A DNA stretch of 64,000 nt from Torpedo marmorata (taxonomy: Eukaryota): the NCBI GenBank assembly GCA_977017645.1, contig OZ360220.1:137082001-137146000 (forward strand), in the 5' to 3' direction. Below, piece by piece: positions 11,991 through 22,490 of this stretch (its first letter is position 1; every line of letters begins with the position of its first letter). The position numbers were made by a program, and so were the translations under genes. The notes under the pieces were generated by a model, which saw only the letters and a program-made list of their open reading frames with translations, ran no database searches and was not told the origin of the DNA.

Positions 11991-13556
11991 ATGGGAGGGG
12001 GAGGCTCAAAGAAAAGGGAGCAAAAGGAGAGTTCGGGTGTATTCCCGAAGGTACCTCCAGATAGTCCCCTCGGGAGAATGTTAGCAAATTGGGATTTGGG
12101 ACGGACGAGAGGAAAGCAGAAAATGAAAATGATCGGGTTTAGTAGTTTATGGTCAAAGCAACCGATAAAAGGGCAGTCAGTTTGGTGGCCACCATTCGGG
12201 TCAGATGAGGGATGGGTAAGGCAGGCTCTGAATGTGTATGTAAATTCTAAGCCTCATCCGCTGCCGGATGAAAGGGAATATGCCTCCTGTTGGGTCCCAG
12301 GGCCCGGGGATTCAACAAGAAGTTTTAAAATGCAAACGAAGAAGGACGAAGGAGAAGCCCCCTGGGAAGTATTAAACCATCTACCTCCTCCCTATACTCC
12401 TCCGCCGCTGAATAACCCACAGGCTGCCTCTGCCCCAGAGCCCGAACACTCCGAGGGGGAAGGCGAGGAGTCTAATGAAGGGCAAGAGGAGAATAGAAGG
12501 AGACCGAGAGAGCAAGAGAGGAGGACTCCAGCGGTGGGTCGTCCAGAACAGGTAGTGACAAGATCCGTGGCAAAACGTGAACAGAAGGGCAAGGAGGAGG
12601 TAAAGATATGTCCGCTGAGAGAAGTACCCATGGGCGGTCCCGACGGAGGAACTGGGTATGTCAATGTGCCTTTAACAAGCACGGAGGTACGAGCCTTTAA
12701 GAAGGAAACGAAAAACTTGTTGGAAGACCCAATGGGCCTGGCGGAACAACTAGATCAGTTTCTGGGTCCAAACATTTATACATGGGATGAAATGTATGCC
12801 ATAATGGGAACGTTATTCTCCGCCCAAGAAAGGCAGATGATCAGACAGGCGGCCATCGTGGTATGGGAAAGGGAGAGGCCGCAAGGGGCAGCAGTAAACG
12901 GAGAGCAGAAATTTCCCCTAGTGGATCCACGATGGGATAAGCAGACCGAGGAAGGACGAAGGAACATGGGGGATCATCGGGAATACATGATAAAGGGAAT
13001 AAGGCAGTCCGTTCCGAAGGGGCAGAATTTTGCTAAGGCATTCGGTAGTCATCAGAATCCGGACGAAAGTCCAACTGATTTTTTGGAAAGAATACAGAAA
13101 AACATGCAGCAATATGCAGGAGTGGATCCCGAAACTGGGGTAGGACAGCAATTAATACGGGTGGAATTTGTCTCTAAAGCGTGGCCGGATATAAGAAAGA
13201 AATTGGAAAAATTAGAAGACTGGAACTCTAAGCCACTCAGTGAGTTGTTAAGGGAAGCCCAGAAGGTGTTTGTAAGGAGAGATGAGGAGAAGCAGAAGAA
13301 GACAGCTAAAATAATGGTCCAGACGGTACGGCAGGTTACAGCTGATAGCCGGGACCGACCCACCCCTTGGTCTGACCGAGGTCGACCTCCGCAAAATAGG
13401 GGATGGTCTGACCGGAATCGATTACAGGAGCAAGGAAGAAGTGATCGCCGTACCTCCCGCTGTTTCCATTGTAATGAGGAGGGACATTTTAAGAGGGAAT
13501 GTCCCAGGTACCGGCGGGAAGTGAGATCTTATGCGATGATGGAAGACGAAGAATAG
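11991..13556 (+). CDS. gag: ERV Gag (intact)
   Basis: MGGGGS myristoylation-type start, PPPY late domain, MHR-like QNPDESPTDFLERI, single CCHC knuckle CFHCNEEGHFKREC, ends in TAG. Confidence 0.92.
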   Translation: MGGGGSKKREQKESSGVFPKVPPDSPLGRMLANWDLGRTRGKQKMKMIGFSSLWSKQPIKGQSVWWPPFGSDEGWVRQALNVYVNSKPHPLPDEREYASCWVPGPGDSTRSFKMQTKKDEGEAPWEVLNHLPPPYTPPPLNNPQAASAPEPEHSEGEGEESNEGQEENRRRPREQERRTPAVGRPEQVVTRSVAKREQKGKEEVKICPLREVPMGGPDGGTGYVNVPLTSTEVRAFKKETKNLLEDPMGLAEQLDQFLGPNIYTWDEMYAIMGTLFSAQERQMIRQAAIVVWERERPQGAAVNGEQKFPLVDPRWDKQTEEGRRNMGDHREYMIKGIRQSVPKGQNFAKAFGSHQNPDESPTDFLERIQKNMQQYAGVDPETGVGQQLIRVEFVSKAWPDIRKKLEKLEDWNSKPLSELLREAQKVFVRRDEEKQKKTAKIMVQTVRQVTADSRDRPTPWSDRGRPPQNRGWSDRNRLQEQGRSDRRTSRCFHCNEEGHFKRECPRYRREVRSYAMMEDEE

Positions 13557-14850
13557 GGGGGTCAGGGGTTCCCACCCTTGGGGACAGATTATCGACAGGA
13601 ACCCCTGGTAAATTTAAAATTAGGTCCTCAAGGAGTAGATACTACTTTCATGGTGGATTCGGGGGCCGAACGATCAAGTGTGATATGCAATCCTCCAGGA
13701 ATGAGAGAGGGCAGCAGGATGATGGGAATATCTGGTATTGGAGGAAAAACTATCCAAGTACCCATTGTAGATAATGTGGAGGTTCAATATAAGCAAAGGA
13801 AGACACAACAGAATTTGCTCTTGTTGCCGTCCGCAGGATTCAATCTGATGGGCCGAGATTTACAGGTTCGGCTGGGAATTGGTACTGTGCCTCAAAAGGG
13901 AAAAGTAGTGGTTCAAATGTTCCAACTTAAGGAGAAAGACGATCAACAAATTTCCCCTGAAGTATGGTATAAAGAGGGGAATAGGGGTGGATTAAATGTC
14001 CCACCTCTTCGCATTACCCTGTTGCCAGGGAGCTCCCCTGTACGAAGAAGGCAATATCCCATAGCTTTGGAGGGACGAAAAGGCCTTCAGCCAGTGATTG
14101 AGGGCTTGCTGGAGGATGGGCTGCTAGAAGAGTGCATGTCGCCTTATAATACCCCTATTTTGCCTGTGCGAAAACCCGACGGAACATATCGGATGGTGCA
14201 AGATTTGCGTGGGTTGAATGCGGTGGTCCAAACAAGATACCCTGTTGTACCAAACCCGTATACCTTGATGAGTAAGATCTCCCCAGATCACGAATGGTTC
14301 AGTGTAATAGATCTAAAAGATGCCTTTTGGAGCTGTCCCTTGGAAGAAGGTAGCCGCGATATGTTCGCCTTCGAATGGGAGAACCCACTGACAGGAAGAA
14401 GGCGACAGCTTAGGTGGACGGTGTTACCTCAAGGTTTTACTGAATCACCAAACTTATTTGGCCAAGTGTTGGAACAAGTACTGGCTGAGTTTCAATGCAG
14501 TCCTGAAAACCAGTTACTACAATATGTGGATGATCTACTTCTATCCGGACCCGAAGAGGGTGAAGTGAGAAAAGACACCATTAGATTGCTGAATTTCTTA
14601 GGCAAACAAGGTCTCAGGGTCTCGAAGACAAAACTACAATTCGTCGAGAAGGAAGTTCGATACTTGGGCCACGTGTTGACAAAGGGGAATCGGTGCATTA
14701 CCTCAGAACGGGTGGCTGGAATTACGAAACTCCCGTTACCAAGGAGTAAAAAAGAAATACGCCAATTTTTGGGATTGGTGGGATTCTGTCGGATATGGAT
14801 CGAAAACTATACCCCGCTTGTAAAGTTTCTATACGAAAAGCTGGGACAGA
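13557..14850 (+). CDS. pol: ERV protease and reverse transcriptase (in-frame UAG readthrough), truncated before RNase H/integrase
   Basis: Same frame as gag; DSGA protease motif, IDLKDAF, LPQGF, YVDD; homology breaks after YEKLGQKE. Confidence 0.9.
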
Positions 14851-14912
14851 AAGAAAGTGAGGGGAAGGAGGGGGGCCGTCCTCTCCGGGGTAGTCCCCTC
14901 CAGGTGTTATGA

Positions 14913-15116
14913 TGGTGAAATATTAAAACAGCGTTGCTAATGGTAGGGGGCATATTGTTAGTGCTCCTCTTGTTACCCTGCATTATTCCCTGTTTCCGCA
15001 TGCTTATAACTCGAATTGTGATGCAAGTGATGCAACCAGGGGAACCTGCTGACCCTGTGAAAATGTTGCTCCAAAGAACCCCAGAGGGAGGGGGTTGGAC
15101 CCCCTGGAACCCTTAG
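14913..15116 (+). pseudogene. env: ERV env remnant (transmembrane anchor and cytoplasmic tail)
   Basis: Hydrophobic LLMVGGILLVLLLLPCIIPCF segment just before the PPT (AAAAAGAAAAAGGGTGGAA, 15125-15143). Confidence 0.75.
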
Positions 15117-15144
15117 CACATTCTAAAAAGAAAAAGGGTGGAAT

Positions 15145-15599
15145 TGTTAGGAAAAAGTTAATGTTCTGCTTCTTAGAATGTGCTGTTAATGCTCTTTGAA
15201 ATATGCTGTTGCAAAATATCACGTAGCTAGGCAGCTGCATGCCTGTGCAGACATGGGAAACCAAAAACCAGACAGGGGGAGTGCTTTGCGATTAAATGCT
15301 AAGAATTGAAATAGGGTAGTGGCAAAAGCTTGCGATAGGGGCGGACGTGAACCAAATGGAACAGATGGTACTAATGATGAGGGATGAAATGCCTAAGATC
15401 TAGATTAGGAAGTGTGTGGAACAGAATGTGAACTCATGTAACCTGTGAGTAAAACAAATGTATAAAAGGCTGCTACAATGATGGAACGGGGCTCTCAATT
15501 CCTGCAGGAGCAGGGTGAGCCCGACTCTGCAGACTCGTGACAAATAAAAGTCAACCGCTGCTGCATTTGCTGAGACTCCGTGTGAGTTCTTTTCGGACA
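15145..15599 (+). repeat. ERV 3' LTR (455 bp)
   Basis: Direct repeat of 11268-11722. Confidence 0.95.
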
Positions 15600-15778
15600 T
15601 ATTGTATTACTTATTAAAGAGCGACAGAATGCAACATCCTACTCAGAACTTATCCAGCATTTCCGAACATTACCAACATCATCAAAATGTTACTACATCA
15701 CAACAGCACGCTTGGCAGACCGGACAAATCAAGAAACAACATGTGCAAAAGCACACATAATAAATATTGCCCACTCAC

Positions 15779-15873
15779 CCAGTAAACACAAGGCAGAGTA
15801 GAGTACAAATCAGTATTGATACTTGATTAAACATGGCAGACTGCGTTCTCTGAATGGCTCGATGCAAATCATT
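15779..15873 (-). CDS. KCNT1: KCNT1 exon (~10), S4-S5 linker and S5: [31 protein letters not shown](G)
   Basis: 95 nt, cag|/|gtgagt. Confidence 0.95.
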
Positions 15874-16804
15874 CTGGAAGAAAAGAAATTTCTGTTATGC
15901 TGTTGGAGGGATTCATATACAAATAAGAAAATGTCACACAACATTTCCCCAGTAAACCCAAAAAGAGCCTTTTTCAAGCAGGAAATATTCATTAGTTTCC
16001 TTCAAATTTCAGACCCTCATTTTATTTTAAAATATTGATTTATTACTGTTCGCTGTGAAACTAAAAGATTGGCATCTGCTAATTCCTGTATCAAAATCAA
16101 TGACAATAATAACTACCGGTATATATGCAGTTCATAGATCAGAAGTATCTGTAAAAATTTTAATATAGAGTATTTATTCTGAAGAAATTCCACTTTTTTT
16201 AAAATACATCTGAGAGGACACCATTGGTGTGAAGGGAGAAGACACAGAAACTAAGAGTTAGAAAGGGGGTGGGTTTCTGGTAATGGAGGTGGCTACAGTG
16301 GTAGTTATCTGCTGTAATGCAATTGTGGCATTTTCTCTCTTAATTAGAAGCCAATGGGCAGTGGAAGATTAACCATTAGGCTGAGTAGGCTGAGTAGGTA
16401 AGGGGGACCGACGCATTATGGTCTGATTAAACTGATTTAACAAAAACAATGAGGTTCATTATTCTCCTTCATCCTTTGTGTTTGTTTGATTTCATTAAAA
16501 ATTGCAGGTAGCCTCCCAGCAGATGAAAAGTTCTGTACGAGTGAGTCAGCCGGGCAATTCTTTTGTGTTGTGCTAACAAAATCATCGAGGCGACAAAACT
16601 ATTTATAAAGTAGCAGAAATGGACCGCATTGTTGCAGGTTGGAGAAGAGCGAGCATATATACAGGAGCACTGGAGGAATGGTGCGCCGTAGCCACAGCAC
16701 TGAAGGAACCTGATGGGACATTTGCGGCCCTTCCTCCCCGCATCTGCACCCTGGGCTGCGGCGGGTTTCCGCGGTCGCCCACCCGGCCTGAGCGGGAAGG
16801 CGAA

Positions 16805-17250
16805 CTCTCCCTGCCCAGCGGGACGGCGACCTCTCCCTGCCCAGCGGGACAGGGGATGGGGACCTCTCCCTTCCCAGCGGGACGGGGGACGGAGACCTCT
16901 CCCTGCCCAGCGGGACGGGGGTCGGGGACCTCTCCCTGTCCAGCGGGACGGGGACGGAGGACGAGACCTCTCCCTGCCCAGCGGGACGGGGGTCGGGGAC
17001 CTCTCCCTGTCCAGCGGGACGGGGACGGAGGACGAGACCTCTCCCTGCCCAGCGGGACGGGGGAAGGGGACCTCTCTCTGCTCAGCGGGACGGGGGATGG
17101 GGACGCGACCTCTCCCTGCCCAGCGGGACGGGGCCGGGGGATGGCGACCTTTCCCTGCCCAGCGAGACAGGGGACGTGACCTCTCCCTGCCCAGTGGGAC
17201 TGGGACAGGCCAGGGGACGGCGACCTCTCCCTGCCTCGTGGGACGGGGCC
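16805..17250. repeat. GC-rich minisatellite, ~24-37-nt units with core GACCTCTCCCTGCCCAGCGGGACGGGG
   Basis: About 13-14 variant units read directly. Confidence 0.92.
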
Positions 17251-17611
17251 ACCACTTTAACATTTCGTTGAAATTGGCAGGGTCAGCAAAAAAAGGTTGC
17301 ACATTAAATTAATTGTTGGATTTATATAATATTAAATTAAATCCGTGATTTCTCTTCAAATAATACAACCAAAGGTGATAGCGATTGTTTGAACTTTAAT
17401 ATGCCCACGTTTTTAATCATCGTTGTACTGTGATTTTGCATAATCAAGTTTTATTAATAAATGAAAGCCTAATTTGTTCCTTCGCTGTAGGTATATTTGG
17501 TCTGTTATTATTCGTGCGACAGTTGTAGAAAATGTGTAATGTATAAATTGTTTTGAATGAAATCTCAGCAAAACGAAAGGGAGAAGCCGAACTCGTGTTT
17601 GTAAATTGACT

Positions 17612-17785
17612 TGTAAAATCACAATGCTGGTGGAACTCAGCAGGTCTCGCAGCATCCGTAGGAGGTAAAGATGTATTACCGACGTTTCGGGCCTGAGCCC
17701 TTCTTCAAGGTATCTTTACCTCCTGTGGATGCTACAAGACCGGCTGAGTTCCTCCAGCATTTCTGTGTTTTACCACAGTCACAGC
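17612..17785. mobile_element. Palindromic Penelope-derived insertion (inverted pseudo-LTR arms) nested in the hAT element
   Basis: ~60-bp imperfect inverted arms flank a hammerhead motif. Confidence 0.75.
17677..17712 (-). ncRNA. Minimal type I hammerhead ribozyme motif (Penelope type)
   Basis: TACC-TTGAAGA-A-GGGC-TCAG-GCCC-GAAA-C-GTC-GGTA: stem I TACC/GGTA, stem II GGGC/GCCC, palindromic ACGT, GUC cleavage triplet; U3 instead of C3. Confidence 0.7.
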
Positions 17786-18339
17786 GTCGGACGAAGGGTG
17801 GGGGCCATGGGGCACGGGGCAAGGTCAGGGGGGGCCTTACTAAAGCTCAGCCTAGGGCCCGGGTGGTAGTTAATCAGCCACTGCCAATGGGCTGAAATAT
17901 GCTTCAGATATACAAGCTCAAACATCAGTGCTCTGGATTAACAACTCATTTTAACGAAGACTGGGAAACGACTACACACCCAAGGTACTTAATAAACTAT
18001 GAAATAATTGAGGTATTCCAAAGTTAGGAACGGTCTTTTACATGCGTGTGGGAGACAGCTGGAGACTTGGTTTAAAGTATCCACCAAAGAACAGCCAGGT
18101 AGAATTCATACTATATGTACAAATGTAGATTTACATAGCACCACACTAGAGACCTGCACAAGTTCTGTGTGAAGCCTTGTCCAGAATAAAAATTACAAAT
18201 CCCAAGTCTTCCGTAGATTACCATGAATTTGCAATGAAGTCCATTTGAGGAACACAAATTTAGCTCCACAATTTGGTGAAATGGAAGAAACTGCTAAAAC
18301 AGAAACTGGAACCTCAACTAGCAGGGCTGCAAAGAGGAA

Positions 18340-18682
18340 GTAAAAAACACAAATGCTGGAGAAACTCAGCAGGTCAAACAGTGTCTTTTATGTAGCAAAG
18401 GTAGAAATACATAACCGACGTTTCGGGCTTGAGCCCTTCATCAAAGTACGAGAAAATGCCGGCAGGCGTCCGAACAAAAGAGTGAGGGGGGGAAGGGGGG
18501 TGGCAAAGGCAGGAGATGATAGGTGGAGAAAGGAGGGAGTGGACAGCAGCAAAGAGGGGGAGGAGGGATGGCTAGGTAGGTGGAGAAAAACAGGAAGGAC
18601 AGGTGAAGGGGGAGGGGAAGGAAAAGACAAGCAGGTTTAGTGGAAAGCAGAAAAGTCAATGTTAATGCCATCTGGCTGGAGA
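18340..18682 (-). mobile_element. Penelope-like 3' end/pseudo-LTR with hammerhead motif (18414-18447)
   Basis: Minus strand ACT-TTGATGA-A-GGGC-TCAA-GCCC-GAAA-CGTC-GGT; distal part resembles the GIY-YIG C-terminal QPDGINIDFS coding end. Confidence 0.75.
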
Positions 18683-19349
18683 GTGCTGTGTATATGCAAA
18701 GAGGAAGATTTATCCTCCACAGTGAGTAGGTAATAGTAAACAACAACACCCTACATTTCCAGCATGGTGTTGTTTGAAATTATCACTTAGGGCAGGAATG
18801 CTTGCTGTTCAGGCCCACCAACAATACACAAATTAATTTCAAAGCAAAATGGGGTCCATTTGATGCATTGATCTGGGTAGCGGCACAGCCTGAACTCATC
18901 TTTGCCTTCTATTAAATGTATTCCCCTTCATACGAGTACAGCTACAATTTGCGACAGTGATGTCCATTGCGTAAACACAGAGCCCACAGAGTAATTGCTA
19001 TGGCATAGTGAGATGGAGATGGTTATTTTCAAGGAAAATTCTGGTCAATAGCACTTTGAAAGTTTGCAGTACACAATAGCCTAGCTCATTCTGCCATCCT
19101 TAGTGCTGTACTGGTGTCAGGCTGGATTTGTCTTTTGAATGCAAAGCGTCCTAACACAGAAATATAGAAAAGCCAGATGCTATGATTCCATCAGTGAACA
19201 GCTTGAACTGAAACAATGAGGGATTTACAACTTTGGCACTGTTTCTGAAATTAGCAGGTATTTCATGAAGTCTGCTCATTAAGTAGTTTTCAGTACAGCC
19301 CAAGACTTCAGCAAAATAATAGATACCGACCAATGAACAGAATCAATTA

Positions 19350-19764
19350 ATTTGGAAACTGTACCACCTCGGACCGAAAGACCCTGCAGAGGATAGTGAG
19401 GGCAGCGGAGAAAATTATTGGAGTGTCTCTCCCCACCATGACAGACATCTACAACACACGATGCATGAGGAAGGCTAAAAACATTGTGAAGAACTTATCA
19501 CACCCCTTTGGTAAACTGTTTTCCCCTTTGCCATCTGGAAGGAGGTACCGAAGCACTCGGGCTCATACGTCCAGACTGTGCAACAGTTTTTTCCCCCAAG
19601 CCATCAGGCTCCTCAATTCCTAGATATATATGTGTATTAGCATGCTATAGTTTTTTCTATTGTATTATGATATTTATGTACATCTGCCCATGGTCCTGGA
19701 GAAACGCTATCTTGTCTTACTGTGTATATGGTAATGAACGACAAATAAAGGTGACTTGACTTGA
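19350..19764 (+). mobile_element. Rex1/Babar-type LINE 3' fragment
   Basis: ORF 19396..19623 (LPSGRRYRS...NSFFPQAIRLLNS); AATAAA then GACTTGACTTGA tail; near-identical to 28640-29049. Confidence 0.8.
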
Positions 19765-19865
19765 GTAGAATTTCTTTGTGCCTACCAGATAGCTAATAGA
19801 GGATGTTGCCTAGATTCTGTACTGCATTTATTCCCCCTAAATTAATCTGCAATTGCATGGTCAAT

Positions 19866-20126
19866 TCTAAATTTAAATTTAGAAATACAGCACGGTAACA
19901 GGCCATTTCGGCCTACAAGTCCGTGCCGCCCAATTTACACCCAATTAACCTACAACCCCCGGTACATTTCGAGCATTGGGAGGAAACCGGAGCCCCCGGG
20001 AAAAACCCATGCAGACACGGGGAGAACGTACAAACTCCTTACAGGCAGCGCGGGATTCGAACCCCGGTCCCGATCGCTGGCATTTTAAAGGCATTGCGCT
20101 AACCGCTACGCCAACCGTGCCACCCA
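19866..20126 (-). mobile_element. HE1-type V-SINE
   Basis: Reverse complement of the 2199 and 47226 copies, with A box and GTTCGAATCC B box. Confidence 0.85.
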
Positions 20127-20131
20127 TTCTG

Positions 20132-20308
20132 NNNNNNNNNNNNNNNNNNNNNNNNNNNNNNNNNNNNNNNNNNNNNNNNNNNNNNNNNNNNNNNNNNNNN
20201 NNNNNNNNNNNNNNNNNNNNNNNNNNNNNNNNNNNNNNNNNNNNNNNNNNNNNNNNNNNNNNNNNNNNNNNNNNNNNNNNNNNNNNNNNNNNNNNNNNNN
20301 NNNNNNNN
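20132..20308. other. Assembly gap (177 N) next to CA/TA microsatellite (20309-20470)
   Basis: Run of N. Confidence 0.99.
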
Positions 20309-20474
20309 ACATATATACCCACATAGACACACACACATACTGTATATTCACATACAGACATACAGGTATACACACACACATACATACAGGTGTACACACA
20401 CACATACATACAGGTATACACACATATACACATACATACATATATATATATATACACATACAAATATATATAAA

Positions 20475-21876
20475 TCAAGTTTACTGTCATATGATTGTAC
20501 AAGTACAACTCGACGAAACAGCGTTCTCCGGTCCTCGGTGCAAAACATGCAGACAAACAACCAGACATAACACACATACAGACAAACAATACATATGCAG
20601 GATAAGTATTTTATCGCTAAAAATAAATATTGCTTTGTACATAGGAGAGTCTCAGATGGTTAGTGTGAGCAGTTCCTTTGGTTGTTCAGTATTCTCACTG
20701 CCCGTGGGAAGAAGCTGTTCCTCAGCCTGGTGGTGCTGGCTCTCATATTCCTGAATCTCTTCCCCGATGGGAACAGCTGAAAGATGCTGTGTGCAGGGTG
20801 GAAGGGGTCCTCAATGATTTTGCGCGCCCTCTTCAGATAACGATCCCGGTAGATCACGTCGATGGGGGGGAGGGAGACTCCAGTGATCTTCTCTGCCACT
20901 CTTATGGTCCTGTGGATTGACCTCCAATTCATTTTCTTTGCAGAAACCATACCACACCGTGATGCAGCCGGCCAGGACACTCTCAATAGAGCTCCTATAG
21001 AAGGTTGACATAATGGTGGCCGGTAGCCTTGCCCACTTGAATCTTCTCAGGAAGTGCAGTTGCTGTTGCGCCTTCCTGACAAGTGAGGAGATGTTGAGTG
21101 TCCACAATAGGTCACTAGTTAAATGAACTCCAAGGAACTTGGTGCTCTCCACTACAGAGTTGTAGATGTGTAGTGGAGGGTGGTCATTCCTTGTCCTCCT
21201 GAAGTCTTCGAAAATTTCCTTTGTCTTGTCCACGTTGAGACTCAGGTTGTTACTCTCGCACCATTTCACGAGATTTGCCAGCTCTTCTCTGTAATGCGAC
21301 TCATCGTTGTAGCTGATGAGGCCAACTACTGTTGTGTCATCAGCAAACTTGATAACACTGTTGGAGCTAGATCTGGTGATGCAGTCATGGGTCAGTAGCG
21401 TGAACAGAAGCGGGCTGAGCACACAGCCCTGAGGTGCGCCAGTGCTCAGCGTGACCGTGCTCAACGTTCTGCTACCAACCTGGACAGATTGTGGTCTTTC
21501 CGTTAGGAAGTCCAGGATCCAGTTATAGAGAGGGGTGTTGAGTCCCAGCGAGGAGAGCTTCTCCACCAGCCTCTGGGGACTGATCGTATTAAACACCGAG
21601 CTGAGGTCAATGAACATCAGCGTGGTGTATGAGGCGTCGTTCTCCAGGTGGGCCAGGAGGGAGTGAAGTGACAAGGCTATAGCATCATCTGTGGAACGGT
21701 TTCTTCGATAGGAGAATTGAAATGGGTCCAGCGTCTCTGGGAGATGTGTTCCATCACCAGATGCTTGAAGTATTTCATAATGGTGGAGGTCGGTGCCACA
21801 GGGTGGTAGTCATTGAGGCCTGTTATTATCACCCTCTTGGGTACTGGGATGATGGTGGCTGTCTTGAACCCTACGG
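20475..21876 (-). mobile_element. Rex1/Babar-type LINE, RT region, frameshifted
   Basis: ORF 20811..21674 has [10 protein letters not shown] and [12 protein letters not shown]; adjoining ORFs continue the protein. Confidence 0.85.
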
Positions 21877-22306
21877 GAACATATACTATACATATACATA
21901 CACCCACACACACAGTGTGACAGGGTAATAAATCATCACTCTGTGATCTGTGCAAGTTCCTTTTTCGCTCACCTAGCTATCACCACAACAAACAAATGTT
22001 GATCTTTTAATAAACAACATTTCAAATGATTTCTTTCCAATAAGTAATGGTGAATATTAAAAAGGAAAATGCTGGGAAAAAAACAAGTTTTTCCAAAATG
22101 TGAACCAGTCTCCCATATTTTTGGATGGTGCAGACATGCTATGTTTAATCCTTGATTTGGTGATAAATGTTCCAAATACAGGTTGCCCCTGAACCCAGAC
22201 TACTTTACTGGTCATCAATTAATTTTTTTTCTTTTGGTTTCAAGAATATAATTCTGGTTGTTAGTGACTACAGAATTCATGACAAAATTGATTAATGATT
22301 ACTTAC

Positions 22307-22390
22307 AATCATGTTCTCCAGTGCATGCTTGGCCAGCCAGCAGTTTAGAAACACTGGGATGAAGAGATTCCTCAAAGGTGCCCAGAAAAT
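22307..22390 (-). CDS. KCNT1: KCNT1 exon (~9), S4: [28 protein letters not shown]
   Basis: 84 nt, cag|/|gtaagt. Confidence 0.95.
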
Positions 22391-22490
22391 CTGCAAAGGA
22401 AGAGAACAGACTCACATATAGGAAAAGCTCAAAATATCAACAATAATTGCCAAATATTTTAAGTGATCTATGTCTTGTAAGTTCCCTGCA

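Larger units (their letters stand above)
11268..15599 (+). mobile_element. Endogenous retrovirus (class I, gamma/HERV-I-like), internally deleted provirus, 4332 bp
   Basis: TG...CA LTRs at 11268-11722 and 15145-15599; 5-bp TSD TATTG (11263-11267, 15600-15604); PBS, gag, pro-RT, env TM stub, PPT. Confidence 0.95.
16359..17883. mobile_element. Non-autonomous hAT DNA transposon (1525 bp)
   Basis: 8-bp TSD CCAATGGG (16351-16358, 17884-17891); 15-bp TIRs CAGTGGAAGATTAAC / CAGTGGCTGATTAAC. Confidence 0.88.

Noticed and set aside
14910-14918. TGA-TGG-TGA in the env frame as APOBEC-type G-to-A editing
   Set aside because: Only two sites, next to a deletion junction; the many Trp codons in gag and pol are intact
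16805-17250. Possible CRISPR-like repeat-spacer array
   Set aside because: Inter-repeat segments are short and related to each other, there are no cas genes, and the context is a eukaryotic intron
16469-17312. Long overlapping ORFs (277, 186 and 199 aa) on both strands
   Set aside because: Stop-free by-product of the GC-rich minisatellite; low-complexity translations with no domain features
19945-20589. ORFs spanning the N gap
   Set aside because: Artefacts of microsatellite, N run and SINE sequence
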